NCBI GenBank assembly: GCA_903813345.2
Contig: CAIIXF020000001.1
Location: 42,904,001 to 42,968,000 of the forward strand
Direction: 5' to 3'
Length of the DNA stretch: 64,000 nt
Origin: Owenia fusiformis
Lineage: Eukaryota
This document shows, piece by piece, positions 1-12,400 of the stretch. The position numbers and the translations under genes are program-made. The first letter of the stretch is position 1. Each line of letters opens with the position of its first letter. The notes under the pieces were generated by a model, which saw only the letters and a list, made by a program, of their open reading frames with translations, was not told the DNA's origin and did no database searches.

Positions 1-1475
1 TCAATGTCCAAAGTGTGACGAAAAGTACGAATATACCATAGCAGCATATACTGTACAAGTAATTTAATGCACTACCTACTTTATATCAGTAAAAATATAC
101 GACATAGTCATATACCATATAGGACATAGTCATATACCATGTATGACATAGTCATATACCATACAGGTACAACAGTAGACTCAAATAAGCGCAGTAATCC
201 TCAAGTATTCATTCTTTAATCTACATGTCACATTAACTATCACCTCTATCTAATCAACCTAGAACTGTTCTCTGTCTCGAAACGAAAACTTATTTGACCT
301 TCTCATTTGAAGGAATCGAAAGAGACAAAAGGCTTCAAGGTTAAAAGGAAATTTGACATGACTTAATTAAGTACAGAAGTATATCATATTTTCCAAATAA
401 TTTAAACCTCAAAATCAAATCACAAATTGCATAAAATTATAGTATGTTTTAATAAAATATGAATTATGGCATATTCATATACACATATTGTTTATAATGG
501 TATATATACAATAATACATTTGTAGACTATTGAAAGTAAGTCGCATTTCAATGTTCCCAAAACTGCGTATCTTTGTGCATTGTCTTTTTTGAGATTCACA
601 TTTTCTCAACATCATGATTATTATTTCACTCAAAATATGAAGACATTATAACCTTCTCTTTCAACTTGATTCACATCAATTTCATTTGTCAAGTGAAATA
701 TTTATATTTATCGAGTATCTAAGTGTCATGTTCTATCTATGTACCTGATTGGTACAATACTGTCCTAAACTACTCATATTGTACTGAATACAACTTATAT
801 TGTACTGAATAGCACTTTTATTGTACTAAATACAACTTATAATATTGTACTATATAGCACTAGTATTGTTCTAAATAGCACTAATATGTGCTAAATAGCA
901 CTAATATTGCACATATACCCTATGATGCAAATTGTGATACCACAAATCTCAGCCTATCACATACATAAAAATCTCACCAGAATACGAACAGAAATCTCCC
1001 CTGTGTATATGAGGTATGTTACCAGAAAGATCTGCAAAGACAAGATTTCCTAAATCTATTGATCTCTTGCTATGATGTCATGATTCCCATGGTTACACAA
1101 TGGATCTTGAAATTAGCATAGCAAAGAGAATGTTCTGATAACGGACCCCAGATTATTCTACAACAACAGGTGTCTAAATTTGGATATCACATAAAATCTG
1201 ATGAGATGGTCATGTATGGGAGACTCTAAATAATTTACTGCACAAATCTCTAGTTACAGTTTCCTGTAAGCAATTAGCAACTAAGTTATTATTTACACAC
1301 GTTATCATTATGCATTTAATAACACATTATATAAACAATATATATATGCACACTTTTATTTTGGACTGATATCTTTTGTAATAAGGAGGATGCTTTAGAA
1401 AATCAGAAAACTGGATAAATTGATTAATAGTTGAAGTGACAGTTAATACAACTTCCAGTATTATCATTCGAGTGG

Positions 1476-1730
1476 ACATTATGGGAGAAGTCCTCCCTTT
1501 ATGGTTTGGTAATGGGAGAAGCCCTGCACTTTATGGTTTGGCATTATGGGAGAGGTCCTCCCTTTTATAGGTTGCTATGGGAGAAGCCCTGCACTTTATG
1601 GTTTGGCATTATGGGAGAGGTCCTCCCTTTTATAGGTTGCTATGGGAGAAGTCCTGCCCTCTATAGGTTGGCATTATAAGAGAATCCTTTCTCTTTGTGC
1701 ATTGGCATTATGATAAAAGTCTTCCTCTGA
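1476..1730. repeat. Minisatellite, ~31-36-bp unit, downstream of the KIF1A stop
   Basis: GGCATTATGGGAGAAGTCCTCCCTTTATGGTTT variants. Confidence 0.8.
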
Positions 1731-3390
1731 CATGGATTGTATCTAATTCCCTAAAGCATATCATCCCTTAGTCTAATACATAATTGTTAAAGCTCAAGAA
1801 TCAACCACTTTCTCACTATCTTTACATAATATACATATATGAAGAGAGTCTCCTTTGCAATAATGATGTGCGTCTTCCTAGATATACAAAGTATACATGA
1901 TGTACTGTATAAGTCATGGAATAGGTTGGATTGTATGTAATATACTGTAATATATAGGCATGGTATATATCATTGAAATAAACTGCAAAATGACTTCATT
2001 CTGACATTTGTCCTTGGAAAGTCCCAAGTGTGTACCTTATTGGAAGTTCAAATCATACAAAATATTACATCTGCTATTATTCAAAGACTTTGGAATCATA
2101 TCTACCACGTCCACCTGTCATATCATTACATTATAAAATGAAATAATATCCCTAGATGCCACTGCATTCAAAACATGTGACATGATGAACATTAGATTGA
2201 AATTATGATTAGTACCAACAGTACTGCATATTAAACCACAGCACACTGTACCAGATATCAGATACCAAGGATGACCATATTAGGTAAGTTTCTTGCTCTA
2301 AGGTGTCTAAATGGTACCTTGCGATCTGTTAAAATGAGATATACCGAAGCTAGAATATCACTTTTTATTTGACTTAACCATGTCTGTAACATGTTTATAT
2401 ATAGAGTAGCAAGAAAATAGACATCCATATACTGCATGTATCTACTCTACATTACGATATCAGGTATTATCATTTCACTAGTTCTATAGTACACTAAATG
2501 TATTATACATACAAGTACATCTAGTCGTGTAACTGGTGATTTCATATTATGCCATTCTGTTAGAATTCATGACATCTTTGATTAGTCATCATAAAAAATG
2601 TTCAAACTTGTTCCAACATTAAAAATATTTAACATTATTCTGATGTCTAAATTGTTGCTTTTTAAGCTATTTCAAAAAGATTGTCTCCAATATGGTAATA
2701 TTGAACAATGCCATGAAATGTGTCTTGCATCAACAAATATGGAACTGCGTATAACCTTTGAGGCAGATGTGTTCCAACAATATCAAATGAGAATTATTCT
2801 ATAGATACTGAGATAACAACTGGTAAATTAAAATGGAGATATAGTACATATATTTGATTGCAAAGAACACTTACAGATGTGGAGTCACATGTGCAGAGGT
2901 GGGGCTACATTTACAGAAGTGGAGCTACATTTACAGATGTGGAATAACATATGCACAAGTCCTATTTAAATGTGGATAGTGCAGATGTGCAGCCACATGA
3001 ATATTAACATTTCTTTTAACAGCTGATGTGAAGTCACAATTACACAGAGTAAGTTGTCAGCTCCAATTCTGAAACTCCATTTGTTTAAATCTGGAATCAT
3101 TTACAGATGGAGTCACATTTTTATATGCGAAACCACGTGTATAGATCTGGAGCCACACATTCAAATGCAAAGCCTTGTATTCTTCAGATGTGATGTCACA
3201 TCTACTGCTGTGAAGCCACATGCACATATGTGGTGCAACACACTGTTCTCATCAGGTGTTTGTCATTCAATGACAGTTAGGCCTGTCATATACTTGGTCC
3301 ATTGATGTTAGCATTTAAACCTGGATGTACATGTATATATCTAAACTCCCTTCAGCTATCTCCTGGACCAGAGTAACCATTGTTTACAGC

Positions 3391-3430
3391 TTAGATCTCC
3401 AAAGCTTGCTTTCTCCTTGAAAGTTTGGAT
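3391..3430 (-). CDS. KIF1A: KIF1A terminal coding exon ([12 protein letters not shown])
   Basis: tttacag acceptor, in-frame TAA at 3391-3393. Confidence 0.9.
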
Positions 3431-6400
3431 CTGTAAATATGAGATAGTCTGTGTAGGAGTGTGAGTCCATATAAGGCAAGGCAAATTCCTAGGGACATTT
3501 TGTCAATGTTGGTACTATTTGGTCTGAGGAACTGATCTATGCTTGTATCACCTTGTAGTAATAACAACATATTTAATTGAGCAAAGCAAAATTATTTTAT
3601 ATACAAAACCTACTATATAGAGGCCAACAAACATGTTACAAATGTTATAATAAACTCATTTGCCAAAAGCAGTTAGGAATATGAGGGTTAATTCTAACCT
3701 TATCTGGCCAGCTAGGAGAGGGTTAATGGCATAGAGCCAGTCATGGACATCTTTGTCATCTAGAGTCTGCAGCAGAAAACCTCGGTGTTTTGTCATCACA
3801 GAGAAAGTATTAGGATTCTAGAAATGTTATGTAGAATAAAACGTTATTCATAATTGGTTGATTACCAAAAAATACATTCATACACACATTCATAATCATT
3901 GTCAACATTCAATTTAATTGTAAAAAGGTAAAAATACAGCTGAATGAAAACTTGAAAAAATGAAATAATTTTCTCATGTGGTTTTTATTACCTTGAGCAT
4001 GGCCTGCTGATCTTCACTGTACTCAATCTGTGCTGTAGCAAGGTTAATAAGCCCTCTTTCTACAGGGTCCTTTTCATTATTGTAGATGTACACATAGGGC
4101 CTGCGGACAACCTAGAAAAGGAAATCATATGTGTTGGTTTTGGTTTCTCCAAAAATGCATCATGCATGAACAAGGTTACATTGTTGGTTGAACAGAATGT
4201 CACAAGGGTATATTCACCATATTTGCCTGGTCCAATGATAGAAATGATAGAGATAAACTTAAACTTGAATTCTTGACATCGTACATTACAGCTCCACCTG
4301 AACCTTGGCCTGGCCAGAGAGGGCCCGAGGGCCACCCGACACATCCTTTGTATACTCCATGCATTTTAATTTAAGGTTTGTATGTCATAATGGATATCTT
4401 AGAAAATGCTACAAATTGACTTACCACCCAGCGTTTTACCCAGCCTATAGCTTTCTCCTCTAAGAAGTTCAGATATCCTTTACGTGAGACTACGGGGCTT
4501 ACGCGGATCTCCTCAGTATCAGGGACATACAGGGGGTCATTCTCACCATCACCATCTGGTCTGGGGGGCAACTTCCTACCCACAGCACACAGATTGTCAG
4601 TTGACACTGCGTTAGTCATAGACAGCGTTTTATAGGCTTCCGTAGTAGGGGACACTTGTCTACAAGGTAATTTGTGTAAGATGCAGTTGGAAGTACCATT
4701 TATTTGGGTGACGATTTAGAGAAACGTTACATATCATGTTAGTGTTGATCTCATCCAGCTAAATCTGGACAAATACGCAAAATATATTTCAGCTTTCTTC
4801 TTTTTTTGATTAATTGAGTTTTTGAGATTATAATAGTTTAAAGTATCTCCCCTTTGTTACATCCAGATTCAGCTAGGTACAAGTATTTAAAGCAAACTAA
4901 AACTGATGATAAACTAAATCTAATAAAAATGTGCTGCTTTAAAACAGTAAGAATTATCTGAACTACTTTCAATGGTTTTAACTTTAAAATATTTATGTAT
5001 TTTACTTTGAAAGTCTGGTTTCTCTAAAGCAATACTCATCAAGCAAGCCACAATAATACTCGTGCATTACTGTGAATCAATCACACCAACTTTTATTGAC
5101 ACAAATATGGTGAACAGGGAAAGCAGGAAAAATTTTCCAAAATTTAGGTAATTTTGAATTATTTTTGTGATTAGTGAGCTCTACAGATTAGTAGACTAAA
5201 GACAGGAGAAATACTTCAATTTTGAAATTACATCTTTCTATTGGTAGCTGTTGCTATAGCAACATATCTTATTTCTTGTTATATTATTGTACCATGACGA
5301 TTACAGAAGAAGATTCAAAAATGAAAATTAGTGTTATTACAACATTTCTTATTAAGAACACATTGGCCTACTGTCTACATATCTTTTTTAAATATAGCAA
5401 CTATAGCAGGAGGGAAGAATTACAGACTGTACGTATAAGGAGGCACAACAAGAACATGTTGTACAAACAAACATAAACATACAACAAAATAGGTCAACAG
5501 GCTCAGCCATTAAACCAACAGGGAAGCAAGAATAGAATTTGTAAAAGAAATGACTAATTTCATAAAATGCTACCAATAAGTATTTCAAGTGAAATTATGA
5601 ATTGAAATTCAATGTTAAATATAATTAATTATTTCATTATAATCCTCATTATTGTTTTATTAACAAATACAAAATACTTGAATAAATGAGAATATAATAA
5701 ATATTTGATCATAAACGAAAGCAGATTTTAATTTAAACAGAGTACATGTATGTGATTTAGCAGAAGTGAAGTAAAATGTGCATTAATAAAATCTAATACA
5801 AAGACAGTGACAAAATAATTAGCTCAATGATACACTATCTAACATGACAGTATAAAGAGTTAGCCCAACATATGTCATAATAATATTTAACAATAAATAA
5901 TGAAACGGTTTTTAAGGCAACTTAAATATTTGTTCACAAACTTAAATATTTTTTCCAGTATCATCACTTAAATCCTGGGCTCACTCTAATACACTGCTTT
6001 TGTTATAAATATAGGAGAAACTACAAAATTGATTTTTATCGACCAATGGTCATACCTATTCAAAATGGGAGTTGAACGACTCCTTTTAATGGAACCGTTT
6101 ATTGGTCCGGCAACGTTTAGATACATCTTACTGTTTTAAAGCATGCACGGAAAAAGAAATGCATGAAATTAACTACATTAAAACAGTATATGACTTGAAG
6201 CAAAATGTTGTTTCTTAATTTGAAACTGCAATGTTTATGAACTGAATGTAAAAAGTAAGCTTTGACATTAATGAATGAAAAAAGTAATTATCAAACAGTG
6301 TAATCCCTGATAAAAGAGCAAACAGCATACCATCATACCTTTAAAGAAAATGTGAGAATTTATAAATATTTTATCATATCAAAATTTGTTGTACAAATTG

Positions 6401-9400
6401 ACATATGGTTGTAAATTGTATCCATTATACAATGTAGAGGCTTTTGTTAGGAAAAGGGATTTGGAACAGGAAAGGAGTGGAGTTTGGTAACAAATCTTAT
6501 GTCAGGGTGTTCCATAAGTAACAGAACTAGTGCTGGCATTTTGTTAATTCTGTGCCAATTGTCTTCAAATCTTCACAAAATGTATGTTGAAATAATGCAA
6601 CTCAACCTGCGATTTATAATTATCTTAGAAACTTATCAGTTCTAGTTGCAATGCTTCAATGTACATTATGTAAAGTTTTGAAGACAATTGGTGCATATTC
6701 AACAAAATGCTACAGCCAATCCTGTTACTTTTGGAACACCCTATACATAACAATGGAGTTATGCATAAAGTACATAAAGTAGCTTTTTCATGACAATGAA
6801 ATTCTTCAAGAAAGTCGACAAAATATCTGGAAGAGCACACGTGGCATATATATTTGCAGTAGCTAGGATGTGGATGTTGTTTTTTAGTACACTCACTGAT
6901 ATCTGGCTCTGTTAATTTAATCCTAGCTACGCAGTTAGTATAAATACAATATAGAAGGGGTTTAAATTGGCAAGCCCTACTAAATAAACATAAGATATCT
7001 ACATATAATGTCAACCAACCAGAAATGCAGTATTATTCACTTCTATGAAACCTTGTTACAGTAGAAAAATATTGGAGGAATTCTAACCTGAACATATCTG
7101 ATGCTGCTGAAACAGCGGAGGTCATGCTCTCTGTCATCTGGTTACTAGGGTTACCCTCAGGAGTCTGAGCTGCCTCATCCCCTGTCTCTATGACAACTGG
7201 TGGATCTATGTGCTAGATAAACAAATATAAAGTGTTTTGAATGAAACATATCTTCATCTGGAGGTACTTAAATAAATGTTTTGTAGGAAATAGGGAAGTA
7301 AAAGGCATTCATACCATGGATGTCTCTTCACAAAAATAATCATGGACAATATGATGTGATGTTGAGTTCAATATTTTAATCCGCTAAAAATTTCCGACAA
7401 AGTTCAATTTACCTTAGGTGATGGTGGCACCACTGGGCGTATTGGTACCATACGTTTGAGACACATCGTCATCACCTCCGTCTCTTTATCACATTCTGCC
7501 GTATCAGAATTAGCCACAGCACCCTCCAGCTTTTGGTTGTCCATCTCTGCTAGGGCTGCATTTTCATCTTTCTCATCAATATCCTTATCTTCCTTGCTCT
7601 GTTGGGCCAAAGCCTTGGCTTTCATGGACAGGTTCAGTGCCTCTTTGTCCAACTTGCTCAGAGCTTCCACATTGTTTTGTTCCTGGAGTTTCTCACGTAG
7701 GAGAAGGATATGTCTAGTCTTCTCAACCTGCAATGACAAGCAAAGTAACAGTAAGCAAACCATTGTGATGATTAATAATGTTAATAATGTTATAAAGTAC
7801 AAAACAGAGGTTTAGTGTTGTTATACTTTGACTCTATGCGGTTGTATGGTTATGTGTTACAGCATTACTGACAATTGAGATTCTCAAGTTGTGGAAAGCA
7901 GTTGAAGATGACCATTTCCACCCATTACCATTATGGGCTCAAATATACAAAAATGAAATAAAAATAAAATACAGGAACAAATTAAGCTGGAAAGGACTGA
8001 AGCTACATGTAAGTATATAAAAGTAAGCCATTTTCAAATTATTACTCTCAAATTCTACATAGACTAACATACCAACTCCAGTCTTGTTAGCTTTTCAAGC
8101 TCCCACTGGTGGTCCAAAATGAGGGAATCACCACGAGGGCGCCATCCCTGCAGATTCTCTTCTCCCCTCACATATGTCGATGATGTATCAAGAACACGAC
8201 GCTGGCGTCTCTGCACTCCTAATAAGAGAAAAATCAGTTGAATGAAATGAAAGTTTCTGTTTGAGAAATTATGTAAATGGAGTTATGGACATATCGCATG
8301 AAAAATTGATAACTTATATTCCAATTTTTGAAAAGAGACATTAAAACATCACCAAATCACAACTTAACAAACAGACTACACACAATTAGACCAGGACCAT
8401 ACACTACTATGTCATGTGGTATACAGTATAGAGCACTAAGAATGAGGTGCAAGACTTGAAAATCAAAGCATGAAATCATTCCAAAGTGACAAGTGTAGAT
8501 ACTAGATACACATACAAAATGAATTTTTCGAATTCTGTGAGACTAAACTGCTAACATCTGTGATCAAATTGTGGAGCAATGAATGAGTAAAACAAGAAAA
8601 ACAATGATATATCAAGATTTAAATATTGATTTGAAATTTATATGAATGTTTCTCAATCCATCAAGAGGTCTGTCTAGAAATGCTCAGACTAGAAAAATGA
8701 GTCATTGTCATCAAGCACCAACTCAATCAGCACCCAAATAGGGCCACCAAGTAGCCAGTTTTAAGCTCAAGAAAAAAATGTGACTTGATAAGTGGTTGTC
8801 TCAAAGGAACACCAACTGTAATACAGACTCATGAAGATGGAATTTCAAAAGATGAAGACATTCATTACACCAGTGTGTTACCCGAGTCTGTGAAGAACAA
8901 CCGATAAGAGAAAGGTGAAGATAATGTATTGAAACTGTTTCATTTACAATTAACCTATTAAAGATGTGAATCCCAAGAAGGTTATTTGGTATAACAGTGC
9001 ATTAGAGTGTTGTATATATTCATACAATTTCTGTATTTTACATGTATATGATACATATACATATAAAATACAAATGACAACACACTCATTCCTCTCTTAA
9101 AAAAGGATGACTAAGCACTCTGAAATTGCTGCCAATGTTGACCTTGACCTTGAGCTGATTGTATAGTAAACCTGTATGATAATTGTTGCTACACAAACGG
9201 TATACGAGGGGTGATCAATAAACAAGTACTGTAAAGTCTTTAATAGGTTATTTTCATCAGACACAGGTGGGAATGTAATGAATAGTGCACAACAAAAGAC
9301 AAACATAATGTACAAACCTGGGCTACCTGTTTCCTGCACTCGTTTAAGCATAATCTCGTAGACTCCCGTCACGCGGTTACAATCGTGGCTTCGCCCAAAT

Positions 9401-12400
9401 CCTTGGCCAAACAACGCCTTTAATGACCTGAAACGACCACTGGAGTCCAAATGGGACCTATTATGAGTTCACGAAACAACACCAAGGAAAACTAACTAAA
9501 TAAGAATAAATCCAATATTCTATACTTCTGTGTTTGTCTATCTGTTGCTATGGAAATATCACTGTAGATCACAAAACTTTTGTGTCTAATAGTTTTCTGA
9601 AGAAGCCAAATTTGGAAAAGAAATATTGGATTTAAAACATATCAAAATATTTAACTAAAGAATAATTGTGTAAAAATATGAAAAAGAACTATTTTAATGT
9701 TTGACTAAGCTAAATATACATTTAATTCCTAAAACAATTTAAGCAAAACAACATACAAATCTAGAATTAAGATATATCTTTATTTTGCTCATCTTTTCCA
9801 TAGTCATTGTTGAAATATAAAAATATACTACAGTCACATGTAATGAATATTAAAGGGACTTGAAGGGATAGAGATGAGTTTTGAGTAAAACTGTCACAAT
9901 TTTTTCATTATTTTTTGCTCTCATTATTCCATGTTAATTGCCTATTTTCTAAAAATAAATCTGATTATATTTTGAGATAATCCTTTATTAGATTATCATG
10001 AATATTTGGCAAAAATGAGATGGGATGTCCCCTTTTTTAATTCAAACAAATTTGGTGATTTCTGCATCTAAAAGCTTTAATTAATTCTATATTTGATCAG
10101 ATATCTCATAAATTTTTTCAGAAAATAAAATCAAGATAGTGAAGAAAACACTGGTATGATTTTTAAAAAGGTTCCAACATGTTAAACTCTATCCCTTCTA
10201 CTTCGTTGCATTTAGCAAGAAAGCACTTTTGTTTTAAGAGGAAAGCAGAGTGCAGCTAGCATTACCAAACTTAAAGTGCGGATGGAATGAAAGACATTTT
10301 GCTGTATATTTGGCTAAGTGAAGGCCATCTTGATACATCAAGATATTTATGGCTGAGAGATGGGACAGGTTCTGGTGGAACAGGTTTGGTGAAAGGAATA
10401 ACAAGAGTGATTTGATAGTGTTGATTTAACAATGTCACACATTATCAGAGTTGTCAAGTTGGCAAATGAGAGAGGGGCTTGAGGTATGTAGAAAACAGAA
10501 CTATATTCATATTTATGATTCTATGTAATTTTTTACTAAAGGAGAAAATACAAAATACAGGTAAGGAATGACCAATATATTTTTGGTACTTTCTCTTAAT
10601 GTGTTTGATACTTTCCCTTTATATAGGTGGCATATGGGGAACCCTGAGGAGAAGGTGTGAGGAAAACTATAAAACTGTGATACCTGAATGTCTCGAGTTT
10701 ATTAGATGGGTCAATTAGAGGCTTTTTTGAGGTTTCAAAAACATGCTTCATAGATGCATCTATTGTGTTCAACATGGGTTTAATATTCTTCTTATATATG
10801 TAAGACAACCTTCAAATAACATATATAAAACTAACTGAATGAAGAAATAACATTAAATAATCATGTTTCTATATATTTACCCTTGCATCCATTTTCTATA
10901 TGCGGAAAGTAAAATAATGACAAGCATGTTAAAAGCATGATGTGATGTCATATGTAATGAAGAACATGGTACACAGGGGTTGTATCAAAACTAGTTCCTG
11001 TCCAAAGGGAACTTTTTACCAGAAAGTTTTGTCTTGATATTTGCCCTGGATGAATATGGGTGCATTTAGGCAACATGCAATTTTTGGCACAAAATAAAGT
11101 AAACAAATGAAAATAGCTAAGCTCTTAAGTAGCCATATACATTGAACTTAAGAGGGGTGGGATAGTCATGAGAATAGGTTTGATCCCTGGATCTTGTTTC
11201 ACACGATCGTGATTTCACTTGGATCAGAGTACAGTAAAACATGTTGATGTGAACATGTATCAAAAACAAACACCTAAAACAAACACCTCTTGCAATGTTT
11301 CATTATTTAAGGTGTCTCAATTCACCTGATGTGTCATTTCAACATTTAAGGTTCCTATAGTTGTACTAGGAAATACTTCCCAACAAAATCACTGATAGGC
11401 TTTACACATCTTTAAATGGAAGCAAAAGGGTTTGAACAGGGAAGCTTCAGAACAGGCATTTAAATGTGGATCTCTCTAAAGCAAAATCACTTTTAAGCAA
11501 ATGCATTTGTGCTGTTATGCAGTCTTAATTGTTCACTTTAGTCAGGTTTTACTGTACCTGATCTAGCCCACCCCTAGACACAGTCAGAGCAGTGTTCGTT
11601 TTTTATTAGATAGCATTAAAAACATGTTATATTTTGTTGATGATAAATGGATGAATGAAATGAAATTGTTGAAATAAAATGATTGATTAAAAACAGAAAT
11701 GAATAATAGAGTAAACCAAGCATCACATGACCAATATCACATTTCATGAACCAATGAAATGAACTCGATGAAGTCACATGACCCTTGAATCTATAGGTCT
11801 ATAACAAGACTTGGACTAAGGGCCAGATCAAAAATATTATTATCAATGATATCATGCTTGTTATCTAAACCTTTCTGAACACTTAAGTTACATATAATGC
11901 TTAATATTTTATCAATATCAAATGCAACTACCCTCTCTTACGAAACCAGTTTTGCATGATATGATGTCAAACTATATTTTCGATACAGCCCCAAAAACAT
12001 GTTAAAGTGTGATGTATACAGCTGTCAAAGGCATACCTTGGGGCAGATATCCTGGCATCCCTGGCATAGAACACCATACTGAAATCCTTGGTGATACATG
12101 CAGGCTGGGCACAGTTATCCATCTAGAAAATACCAATATTAAGCCAAAATAAATTTTCTGAATTTTTTAAATTGATATCTCATGCCTTTTGTGTGGATTA
12201 TCCAATATCATTGAAATGTTACAATACTGGATATATATCACTAATATTACCATAATTATGTATGTCGCTATGTAATGTACATGTTAATGCCTTTTAACAA
12301 CCTACATGATGATTTAATAACAGATTATACAAACTCATAAGTTACATGTATATCCTCAATGGACTGTAATTTAGATACATGTTATTAAATAACAGGTATA

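Noticed and set aside
4290..4345. GC-rich patch in a short KIF1A intron
   Set aside because: No usable splice sites or recognisable RNA motif; the flanking exons join in frame without it
7456..7815. Plus-strand ORF and other shadow ORFs (13014-13244, 19762-20031, 41920-42225, 48612-48989)
   Set aside because: Antisense to real coding exons with no independent support
9201..9222. Mariner-like TIR TACGAGGGGTGATCAATAA (similar at about 26288)
   Set aside because: No partner TIR or transposase found; too short to call an element
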